Shown one piece after another: positions 52,903-64,000 of a stretch of 64,000 bases of DNA. The first letter of the stretch is position 1, and the number at the start of each line of letters is the position of its first letter. The stretch covers positions 24,028,150 to 24,092,149 of the forward strand of contig NC_134026.1 of NCBI RefSeq assembly GCF_964204645.1. Reading direction: 5' to 3'. Both the position numbers and the translations under genes were made by a program. The stretch comes from Tubulanus polymorphus (taxonomy: Eukaryota > Animalia > Nemertea). A model generated the notes under the pieces. That model was not told where the DNA came from. It ran no database searches and saw nothing but the letters and a program-made list of their open reading frames with translations.

Positions 52903-54155
52903 CTAGGGTTCCAGGGACACCATGCCCACTTGGGAAGTGGTTCCAAATGCTCAACAATCTAACAATTTCAATATTCAACGCCCCCTGACCATATACAAAA
53001 ACCAATGCGAAACCTTGAAACTCGCCACAATCATAGAACATGTCAGCAGCTACGATTTTGTAATTGATTGTGATAACAAAATATGCCTCGTTACCAATTT
53101 AATATGGAAAAACTAAGTTATTCTACTATTTAACGCCCCCTGGTGACCATATTCAAAACCCAATGACCTCGAAACTTATCACATTCATAGAACATGTCAT
53201 GAACTACAACTTTGCAATTGATCATGGTAACAAAATATGCCTAGGTACCAATATAATAAGGAAATGTTAAGTTATTCTACTATTCAACGCCCCCTGGTGA
53301 CCATATAGAATAACCAATGTCCTTAAAACTCGCAACAATAGTAGATGATGTCATGAGCTACAACTTTCCAATTGATTGTGGTTACAAAATATGCATAGGT
53401 ACGAATATAATATAGAAATGCTAAGATATTGCATTATTCAACGCCCCCTGGTGGCCATATACAAAATCCAATGACCTTGAAACTCACTACAATCATAGAA
53501 CACGTTATGAGCTACAACTTTCTAAATGATTGTGGTAACAAAATACGCTAAGGTATCAATATAATGTGGAAAAACTTTTTCCCACTTACGAATGAGTACT
53601 GGTGACACCAAGATGGCCGCCAATTGCGTCATAATTGGCTGATGAAAAATAACTGTCTCAGGTATAAAACATCCCTTTCCAAAGAATACCCATCACAAAT
53701 TGCAATGAGAAATGGTACAAAAGCTACAGGACCCCGAATTCGGGCCAAAATTAACATTTTTGGGCACTAAAAAGGTCATAGGACGGCCATCTTAAGTCCG
53801 ATCGACCCAATTTTTGTTATGCTGATGGGCCCTGGGGGGATTCACATATATCCGAAAGATCAAGGTAATTGATCAAAGCGTCTTCAAAATTTCCCTCAAT
53901 AAGTTCAAAAATGTGTAAAAAGTGCTGATTTTGGCGAACAACAATGGCTGCCAGTCGGCCATCTTGATTCTGATAGGGCCAGTTTTTGGGCTGAAGATGT
54001 GTCTAGGGTAGATACATGTGTAACCCAAATATCAAGACATTACCTTGAAGCGTCTTCAAAACTTCCCAAAATAACTGGATTCCGTCTACGGACGGACGAC
54101 GGACGAAAAGTGAACGCAATAGCCCGCTGGGACTAAAGTCCCAAGTGGGCTAAAA
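52903..54155 (-). mobile_element. HINE/DINE-1-like element, full-length copy inverted relative to 45150-46398
   Basis: Reverse-complement match over the whole length, including both termini (aactagggttccagggacaccatgcccacttggga; tagcccgctgggactaaagtcccaagtgggctaaaaaa) and four tandem units. Confidence 0.88.
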
Positions 54156-54354
54156 AATTGAAACTTAGTTTTATTCGTCGTAAATATGTTCATTAGTCCA
54201 TGTTTGAAGTTAGTTTTGTGGAAGCACATAGTTCTTCGGTCTTCACTTTGGTCATGAATAGTTTTAGTTTTTCGTGAGAGGGTGTTACTAAAACGAAGAA
54301 CTATGCACACCAGTTAATTTTTGTTAATTCCGGGTAATTTATTGTCGCAGCAAG

Positions 54355-54620
54355 ATAGTATGATGGTAGTTTATGTGCTACTTTATGTACTACAGTAGAC
54401 TCCGCCCGAATAGGATCCGATTAACCTGGAAAACCACTCAAATCGGATGTTCGATGATGCATAACATCCAACTCGGGTATCCCACAAGTCAATCAGATCT
54501 TTACGGTCCCAAGATGAGAGCCGACTCGGCAGAGTCTAGAGTATTGATCAAAGAATAAAATCGTAAGCATTTATTGGTGAAAAGAATGTATACAACAACG
54601 AAGTATGATGACAGTCTGTT
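54355..54620 (+). repeat. Diverged ~270-bp direct repeat, copy B
   Basis: Same blocks as copy A at 52575-52852. Confidence 0.7.
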
Positions 54621-56417
54621 ATTAAAAAAACAAGGGTGGCAACTAATCTTTAATCTCAAAATGACCTCTCCACTGCAATCGCCTGTAATTCCAAACATTC
54701 TTAACCAATTCACATGAAATCAGCTTTAATACAAACTACTGCCGGTATCTAGAATTTCGTTTCTTGTTATGATCTATTTTCATATAAAACAAAATTTCAA
54801 AATTAATGAATTAACGGTATAGATATTTAAGATGTAATTACATAAAATGAAGGACTGCTCTGAAGCTAGTTAGCTAGTAAAAGTTGTATATTACATTTAT
54901 TCATAATTGGGAATTATGTATTCAGAAAATTTCACAATAAATCAGGTTATCATGTCATATTTAGCGTTCTCACTTCTTAAAATCTGTATCCGGTTTTGGA
55001 AATGGACTCGGTGAGGACACTTGACACAATGCAAAATGGAGATTCCTTCAGCCTATGCGCAGTTTATAGCCTGTAATACCATGACACCTCATTCCAGTCG
55101 GAATAGCCGGCTACATGTTGAAAAGTCTCATATATGAAGAATATAGTTTTTTTAGTGATGATATCTTTATTACAATGAAAAATATAAAAAAAACTTTATA
55201 ATAGTTATGAATTCAAATAATTTCATTAGTGGTTCTAATTCATAATACAATTACATAATACATCGACCATATGATAGTACCATATGTATTTCTATTATCT
55301 AGACTCATCATGAATCTTAATAACTTTTTTAGATAAAAATTTTCTAAAACTTACAGCTGATCATATATCAAAAATATATTCAAATAATATAGTTCATAGT
55401 ATTAGAACATGTATATCGAACTCGAGTATTTCGATGGTATTTGATAACATTAATACACCTAAGGAGACGATTTCCGATACCGGGTGTTCCTACCTATGAT
55501 ACACATTATTTCTAAGCATTATGTAGGGAATATATTCAATATTATTTGAAGAATACGTACACTGAATAAATTCTTTGTGTATAGACAGATGATGTATCAT
55601 TATTAGTTAATAAACATTTACAATTACAAGTAATTGAATATCCTTAAAGAGTATTCTTTTCTTTAGTTAGTATTTAACATGTTCTCTGTGATTGATTTTT
55701 ACTTTATAACTTAGTAGCATTGCCATCATATTTCGTGAGCAATATTTTGCAGTAAGGTGAACATTTCAGGATGTAAATTTTTCAATTATATGTGACAAAA
55801 CAATAACACTAACAACAAAATCAGGCAAACAATCACAACCTTTTATGATAAAAACCTTACAACATGATTTCAGGAACCTGCCCGAAATAATGGAATTACC
55901 GAATGAAATACAGAAGTATAACTACTATCGATAAAATCAAAGTATATAGACTTCTCTTAAAACAAAAGGTTTTAACAGTATAAAATTCATCCATCTTGAC
56001 ACAGAATTCATGTCCAAAATATTAAAATATTCACAGCATAATGTACTTAAACAATTACACTACTTTCTAGCTTATAGTAAAAAGTTACAGGAAACATAAG
56101 AAAACTCTCGGCATTCAAAAACAACACAACAGAATAACAGTTATTTTATTGCACTAAATATTTGCAAATTGAAAAGCTTGATGTTACTACATTTGTAGAC
56201 ATGTACAGATTTTCTATCCCTTTATTGAACTTTATGAATATAGTGCCATGGATGCAAAATTTTGACAAATTTTCCAATCATTTGCAGCATTCTCCACATT
56301 TGCTTTTGATTACAGGTATATCAATTTAAGAGTGCTAGAATAATAGCTGTGTGAGTAAGGGGATAATGCTGAAGGACGGTTTTTCTATGATCTTATTACT
56401 TTAGAAACAGTACACTA

Positions 56418-59400
56418 TCACGTTGTATCTAGGCGTATCATTCGTAGTTTTAGACTATCAGCTAGTATACATGCAGCTTCATTTGAACCACCGCAGTAAT
56501 GTGACGACGAAAATACAGTCATAAGTTTACCTTTCTGCTGTACCTGTATATATGTGAAAACAAATTACGACATTATATTTATTTTTCTCTTTCATATAAA
56601 AATCTATCCAAGTCCAATTTGATTCATTTCATCATTTCTTTCATTTCTGGAAAGTTGTTAAGCATTGGCTTACATTTATATACTGAATTGACTGAAGATT
56701 AGATGAGTGGACATGCATCTTACCTGGAAGCCAACTTGTTGAACTTCATGAGCTCGCACCACATGAGATAAATTATTCTTTTCAAGAAATGTAATAAGAG
56801 CCTCACAACTGAAGAAATTAGCAGTACCACGTCTAGTATTGTGTATATATCCTCTATTCTTTTCAAGTCTCTCAGTCAGTTCAGGAGTTACATTATCTGG
56901 ACTACAAAAAAATCAATATTTTCTTTGAAAATGTGCTTTCCAATAAATTCTGAATAGATAAACAGTTATGGTACTCACTTAACTGGATCACTCCACAAGA
57001 TTTCCCAGGCTAATCGGCTTTCAGCTTCTGGGTCCTCTAATGGAGCTGGAATACTATTGATATCATCAATACTTTCGCAAACATGAGGAGCTGGAATTCC
57101 ACCATGGACACAAAATATCTGAAAGTCATTCAAAAATTCTCAAAAATTTGAACATTTACACAAAGATTAGCATTGAATTATGATATCAAATAAAATACCT
57201 TGTCATCAACAGTTGCAGCAATGGGCATGGAATCAAATACCGTATTTATTTCATCCCAAATTTGTAAACCTATCGTAGCCCCAAATTTGTCTATACATTC
57301 TCTGAAATGTCATCGAACATCAACAACATTCAATCTCAAATCAATGACAACCGAAATACTAATGCCGGTTAATTATGTTTATGTACTTACTGATGAAAAG
57401 TGAACATTTTCTGCACAGTTCGAACTTCATGATTGCCCCTCAGCAGATAGAACTTTTTGGGTGCAAGCAGTTTTTGAGCAAGCAGATAAGCAACCACCTA
57501 AAGAATTACCAGTGTGTAGAACAAAATTACGCTTTGTAGGACAAGTGGATATGTATTTCATACATTCGCAAGAAAAAATTTATTCGCCTATGATAAAAGT
57601 TAGTAATTGTACCTCTACACCACAAGTTCCACGGTCAACATAATCTCCAAGAAAAAGAAAATTGGCAGGAGTTAAATGTGGACCCATACGCCATAAAACC
57701 TTTTCGAAGCATACAAGATCTCTGAAGTTTCCATGTATATCCCCTAGAAAACGAATATTACGACTGAATGATGCGGCTAAAAGACGATGTAACATTTTCT
57801 TTCATCAATATTAACTTACCAAGAATGTAGGTAGGAGACTTCACTTTAATCAGTCGTGGTTCATCTAACATGATTTCTTTAACTTTTCGGCACAAAGCTA
57901 ATAGACATTTTGCCAATGCCCTTTTCTCTACATTACCCCAGTCAAATGGTGGCTAAAGTGTAAAGACAATATCGTGTGCACAGTTGTGAGACGTGGGTAA
58001 ATGTAATTCGCCAAACTTCAGAAAGAAACTCACCTTTCCCTCACCATCTTTGTCTGATTTAATTTGCCGTTCAAAATATCGTAAACCAGTCAACATTTCA
58101 TTGGCATGAGACCTCTGACAAAAACATTAAGGTATTCTAATTCAGAAAATGCTAAAAATGTTACTCTCTACTACATTTAACTATACCTTGACATGATATA
58201 TGAAAAATTCAACAGTAAAGTTCAATTCCAGCCCGCTTCATCATTCGAACAAACCTGATTAAAAGTATCCATGGAAGACATTCTTTCAAACCTCGATTTA
58301 TTGCCTTCCAGTTCAACTTGAGTACTATCACTAACAGCTGTGGTACCTGAACACAAACACACATACATCAATGTTAATAAACACTCTACCCCCGTACATC
58401 AGATATCATGTACCGGTATGTCACATTTTTTGAAGAGGAAAATTACCTGCTAATTCCCAGATGGCCATGACATCAGACAATGTGCCAGTGCGACGTACTT
58501 TGATAGCATGAGTAGCAAGTTCATACGGTCTATCTTTACTAACTGGAGACAGTTGACAGGAGTACGGAAGTTTGAAGCCATCGTCAGATACAATTGAGCC
58601 TGAAAAACATAACAAAATAAACTGAGGCAAAATGTATATCATGAATGCCTGATATATGTTTAATATGTACATGTACCTGGAGGTTTGGAGATCAGATCAG
58701 ATTTTCTTCTTTTTAACGGAGGTTTGAAAATGTTGAACGTGTCTTCTACCATGCTTTCACTTCTAAATGACAACGAAAAGAAAGAATACTTAGAACATAC
58801 AACCAAACCAACTCATTATCCAGTTTTTTTTGTGTTAAAAGTATGACAGATTACTCTTGTTTTCGGTATCCAACTGTGCACGATTCACTGAGACGAAATA
58901 ATACAGAAGTGCCGCGAAATTTCAGCTGGCCAACAGCTAACAGGAAGTCTGACATAGGAAGTTTATCGCGATGCTCATTACCAAAAACCCTGAAAATATA
59001 TCCAGATAACAGCAATTTGTTAACAGCACTAGTATAATTCGATGTCTTCAAAAGTGATATTTTGTTTTTCTTAATTTTTTTAAACACAAAGGTGCAGTCA
59101 CCAGTCAAAAAGTTTACAGCTTGTGAAAATGCATACACAGAACAAACAAAATAAGATAGCGGGTGCAAGATCGCGTTTATGAACATCACCACAAGACTTT
59201 CCTCACTCCCCTAGAGTCTTACTGCTTTACAGACAAAATGATGCATACTGTAGATAGTACCAAATATATTTTTGATAGTACACAAATCATATATGCAAAC
59301 CATACTGCTTTAATCATGCAATAAAATTCCTAAATCACTGTTGGTTAATATTTTAGGATAGTGATTGATATAATATGCAATATATAATATGCTCTTCCAT

Positions 59401-61520
59401 GCATCTTTTTACCAAAGATGGTTAACATCAAAATATCAATCAATAATAATGATGAATATTATAAGCACACAAATGATAAATATAACCTATGTACCAGTTT
59501 TTGTTAGAATCAACTAGAGAATCAGTAGTGCTTTCATCATCACTCCAGAATGTTCTGAAAGGGAAATGTGTTTATAAAGCTTTTCTAAGTTTGCCCCATG
59601 CTTTATTCATAGTGTTATATTTGTCACTTTGCTTATCAATTGTCGATTGTTAATCAAATCATACATCGTTATAGAGAATTATAGTGTACGTAAAGTGTGC
59701 CAATATTTGAAACATAGCTGCAGCGGGTTATCGCTAAGATTCCAAAAGTTTTTAGAGCATCCCCCTCTACAGATATATGTACAAGAAATCAGTAACTTAT
59801 ACGGATTACATGGGAAAATAAGCACAGATACGTTTCTGCAGAATTCATAGTCACAAGACTTAACGAGGAAATCATAATAAAAAATACTACTGAATACACC
59901 TTCAAAAGTGCAACGTTAATAGCTTACTTTGCATTAGCTTCTGCTTCTTTATCAACTGATTCATCATCAAGACTAAGTCCCTTGAATTTCCTTATATCTG
60001 ACACTAAAGATCTGTAAAATACAAAACAAAATTTCTAATGTAAACAGATGTCATAACACACCCACACAAAGTGGTAGGAGTCTAGATAAGTGGATGATGG
60101 TTCCCACTACAAGTATGTGAGGATTAATGCTTTTGTCATTTGTCCGAGGCATTTTTGATACTTTAGAAAAATAATTAATTATTTTTTTCTCGCAGAAAGT
60201 ACCTGAATTCAGAAAAATCGAGCAACCCATCACCATTAACATCGTAATATCTGAAGATATAACGACATCTCATTTCAGCTGGTGTTCCACCATGTTGTGT
60301 ACAAGGTTCCATAGCAGACAATCCATACAGGAAATCGCGGTAACTTAGCATGCTCCTTTTTTGAATATCAAAAGCTCTGTATATAAAAGCAATGAAAATC
60401 ACATTTAACTGACATCTTCAATCCCAAATTGTTTATAGAAATAATCTAGTTGAATTACCTGAATAGGCTTTCAATGAAGTTTTCATTGACACCTTTGGCA
60501 ATCATGCATTTCATGAAATTTTCAAAATTCATCATTGTGCTCGGCGAACTGTGCTTCGAGAAATCTTCATAAATCCATCCTTGCTCTGAAACCAACAAAT
60601 CTAATTTTTTTTCTGTTTTTCTGCTAGCTATAAAGTCCTCAGTAAAGATTTTTACCTTGTTTGTTGAAACGAGCACCCTTCACTAGTTGTTCTTGTGGTG
60701 AAAGTTGAGCCCCATCCACATTAATATTAACAGCTTCAAAATAATTCTCTTGAATTACCGGAACAGGCATTATACTAGCACCTAAAATTTCAAACATTTT
60801 TTCATAATTTAGCCTGTTTGTTCACAATGACAAAAACCATCTCAAAATCAAGATAACTCTCAATTCAGATAGAATTATTAGGTCACAATTGATGTCAAAG
60901 TTAAGAAGGATTTTCTATAGTATTAATCGAATGTGAAAATTACCTTTTTCTAAATATTGTACAAACTGAAGTGGTTCAATACCATGAAGGGAATGTTTCT
61001 CTTCTTCAAGTTCAGTTAAAGAGAACCATCGAGAGAACTCATCAACTGTCTGTACTACTAGTAACGGATGAGTAAGGTATGTAATTTGAGTATACGTGTT
61101 GCTAAGATTATCTCCTGAAGGCAAACGATGCAACTGAACTCGAAGGACACCCTGCAGACTTATTCTTGTTCCAGCAACCTTTTAAAAAGTTATATAAAAA
61201 CCATATTAACAATATTGGAAGCTATTTAACAGATATGCATGAAAGAGGTGCTGAGCACATGATTAAAATCGCAATTCATGCGCATATGCAATTCAAAATC
61301 AAGTGCCCATGTACATTAAACTATAGAAGGGAGATTTCCGAGAACCAGAAGGTAAAGATTTTACCTCAGCTGCAATCCTTAGTGCAGCAGACTTGAAACT
61401 TTCATTGTTCTGAACTGTACCAGTTGGAAGCCACCATCCCAGCGCTGATTGTTTCACTAGCAGGTACTTTCCATCCTCTTCCCGGGGTATCAATACACTC
61501 ACAACGTTACTGAAAACCAT
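56418..61520 (-). CDS. Multidomain PPP-family Ser/Thr phosphatase: degenerate N-terminal Nudix domain + EF-hand module + C-terminal PPP catalytic domain, ~788 aa
   Basis: 18 phase-consistent exons (2367 nt): 61520-61365, 61178-60944, 60781-60656, 60585-60459, 60376-60203, 60011-59928, 58989-58855, 58762-58677, 58599-58447, 58346-58255, 58114-58034, 57952-57820, 57743-57613, 57497-57391, 57301-57199, 57118-56979, 56901-56724, 56543-56418. Motifs: GKYLLVKQ...[27 protein letters not shown]; [12 protein letters not shown]; [40 protein letters not shown]. Confidence 0.9.
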
Positions 61521-62509
61521 CACAGTTCATCTAGCTAACTGAAAATTAATTGAATTATTAGTCAATTAACAAATTGAATAGACATAGGCCTAGTTACCTT
61601 GTCATCCAAGACTTACACCTTGACTAGAACAATGCTAGAAAAATTTTACCTGGTGAAATAATAATTTGACATTCACTCATGCAGTCACCAGTTGAACAGG
61701 TTTTAGCAGAGACCAAGACAGTACCAAGATCAACGACAGTCTAGCGGATAAGAGGAAAACATGTCAAAATATCTCAGTCAGAAATTTGCGCATATTCCCC
61801 GCATAACATCCACAGCACAACAGGTATGTAGATGATGGCGATGCATCGCTGCACTGTACAGTACATTTTTTATGGAGTCAAAGGCCCAGGCCTGAGCAGA
61901 GAGAGTAGCAGAAGCATCCTCCCTCGGCAGGGATTCGAACCCGATGACATCGAGAAGTACAACAGCGAACAACTACTAATTACAACAGAAGTGTGAGTCA
62001 GCCTCCAACAAGCCAGGAGACCTCCTTGGCTTAGGTTAGTCTATAGCTAGTAAACAATTCAAAATGTAGCAATTTCTAAATGTGTAGGATCGACCACATA
62101 TTAGGTCTAGCTTTATTTCAACTCTTATGCCTATGTAGTAGGCCCTAGGCCTATATCATCTTAATTACCACAACGTTGCTGTGTTATACTTTGCTCTGCT
62201 TGTTCAACCGTGTCCAAGCTCTTTTTTGGCTTTCCTAATTGATGGCTATTAGACTTGGACTTTGATCCGGTCTAGTCACTTCATTCAAGTAAACGATTCT
62301 GACTCTTTGAATAAAGCATGCATATATATATATATCTGATAACTAGATTGTCTCAAATATTTGCCGGCCACAGAGAATCACAGTATATTCACATTTATAC
62401 AACTCGGCGTAGGTAAATCTTGTAGCCGACAATTAGTGAACGCCACCGGCACACAAAATTACGTCATTGTCGGAATTCCCTTTTCGTTTCCGGATTCCCT
62501 ACTGTCGAA

Positions 62510-64000
62510 ATGGAAATGAATGAGTTTGTTTATGCTGTTGTTAGAAATATTCCAAAGACTTATCACACCAGCGACCTGCGAAATTATTTCTCCCAGTTCA
62601 TAGAATCTGGTGGATTTGACTGTTTTCACTTTAAACACCGACCTGAGAAGACTTCGACGTACTCTTCGGAAAACATTCCTTCTTCAACAACAACCAGTTC
62701 CTCTTCTGTTGACGCTGCTAATACTGGTGCATGTAATAACTACCAAATGTACAATGATGACAGTGCGAGGCAACGTAAAAAAACCAGTGGATCTGATAGT
62801 TTAATGAAAACGTATTGTTGTATTGTACGAATGTCCCCAGAAAATCTAAAACGATTGCTGAAAATGTATAACAGAAAACATTGGTTGGATATAAATGGTG
62901 ATTCAATTGCCAGCCTTTGTCAGATATCAAAGATTAAAGTCAAGGATATCGGTGAGAGTCTCCAAGATAATTGTAGAACCTAGTTCATCATCGGGAATTT
63001 CTATTAGGCATGATGGTATTTGTTTACATTCTTACTTCCACACTAATGTCAATTCACAAATTTAGTTTCAGATTCTAAAACTAAAGATTACAAAACTCGC
63101 ATCGAAGAAAAACAGATTCCAACAGATCGTGAAGAATTCACCAAATCAGATCTTAAGACCATGAGGGAATTACACCCACCTCCGCTTATGAAAAATGGAA
63201 ATGTTGGCACACCTACAATGGTGTTCATGGACCTGATAAAACAGTGCAAATTACCCTCGAAAATTATAAAAAGTTTAGGATTAAAGTTCCCTAGATTGCG
63301 GTTAAATAAGCGTTATGGAAAGGTACCATTTGATTATGGAGGCACAGTAGTTGCCGGTACTCTTCCAGATGATGTAGTGTTGAGTGGTGAAGGAACAGAG
63401 ATCATATCTACCGATACGTGTACTCCTATGGTAACTGAGGATGAGAATAGGAAAGCAGAAGAAAATATTTCAAGTAGCTGCGCCACTGGAGAGGACAGTG
63501 ATCCAGATAACGTAAGCATAAATGAAAATTAGAAAATGTTTTATCTCCCTTGAGATAAATATTCAATACAAACTAATGTCATGAGAACTGAATCTACTTA
63601 CTGATAGGATGATGATACATGTGAAGAATGGGAGCGTCATGAAGCCTTATACGATGATCCTGATAACCAAGAAAGAAATAAGGAACGATTGTTCGAGGAA
63701 GAAATTGAACTGAAGTGGGAGAAAGGAGGATCTGGTTTAGTGTTTTATACCGATGCCCAATATTGGCAAGAAAAAGAAGGAGGTATAATGAATTGCAGTA
63801 CTAGTTTATGTTATCAATGAAATTAAGTTTTTTTTGGAGGCATCTTATTACTTCCCAACGCATTTACCATGAGGTAATTTAATTTCGTATGTTTTCATTC
63901 AATTTCTAGATTTTGATGAACAAACTGCAGATGACTGGGACATCGATATGAGTGTTTACTATGAAAAAAATGCTGGCGATAAGGATGCCCGAGATATAAT
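62510..64000 (+). CDS. GPATCH3: G patch domain-containing protein 3, 5' portion; truncated by the window end
   Basis: Exons 62510-62951, 63072-63511, 63608-63782, 63910->64000. Motifs VVRNIPKTYHTSDLRNYFSQF...GFDCFHFKHRPE, ELHPPPLMKNGNVGTP, EEWERHEAL, ELKWEKGGSGLVFYTDAQYW and DFDEQTADDWDIDMS are characteristic of GPATCH3. Confidence 0.9.

Noticed and set aside
59690-59766. Second possible cassette exon in phosphatase intron 6
   Set aside because: The candidate boundaries are not phase-symmetric and would shift the frame.
1-64000. Prokaryotic-type systems (operons, CRISPR arrays, defence islands)
   Set aside because: The sequence is spliced eukaryotic DNA. The repeat arrays at 45.8-46.3, 47.7-49.0 and 53.0-53.5 kb have homologous intervening sequence rather than unique spacers, and there are no cas genes.

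Overview
Eukaryotic (animal) genomic DNA, AT-rich, with many short (~80-150 bp) GT-AG introns; a compact invertebrate genome, probably lophotrochozoan (inference). Most short ORFs in the track are noise or single exons, so I spliced genes by hand and checked phase at each junction. Genes in order: the 5' part of a Grainyhead/CP2 transcription factor (-), an SLC10/P3-like transporter (+), a Tctex-type dynein light chain (+), a secreted 8-Cys (4x CxxxC) small protein (-), a 13-exon SLC6 glycine-transporter-like gene (+), a 3-exon type I membrane microprotein absent from the ORF track (+), an intronless PH-like protein (+), UQCRH (+), heparanase/GH79 (+), an 18-exon pseudo-Nudix + EF-hand + PPP phosphatase fusion (-), and the 5' part of GPATCH3 (+). 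Non-coding content: three copies of a HINE/DINE-1-like non-autonomous Helentron, a 2.4-kb TIR element full of internal repeats, two MITEs (one 69 bp with a 9-bp TSD), a minimal type I hammerhead ribozyme motif inside a long inverted repeat plus a second degenerate one, and a cluster of Grainyhead-type sites around grainyhead's own first exon. The most notable items are the phosphatase fusion, the hammerhead motif and the two orphan small proteins. No database searches were run, so novelty claims are unverified.
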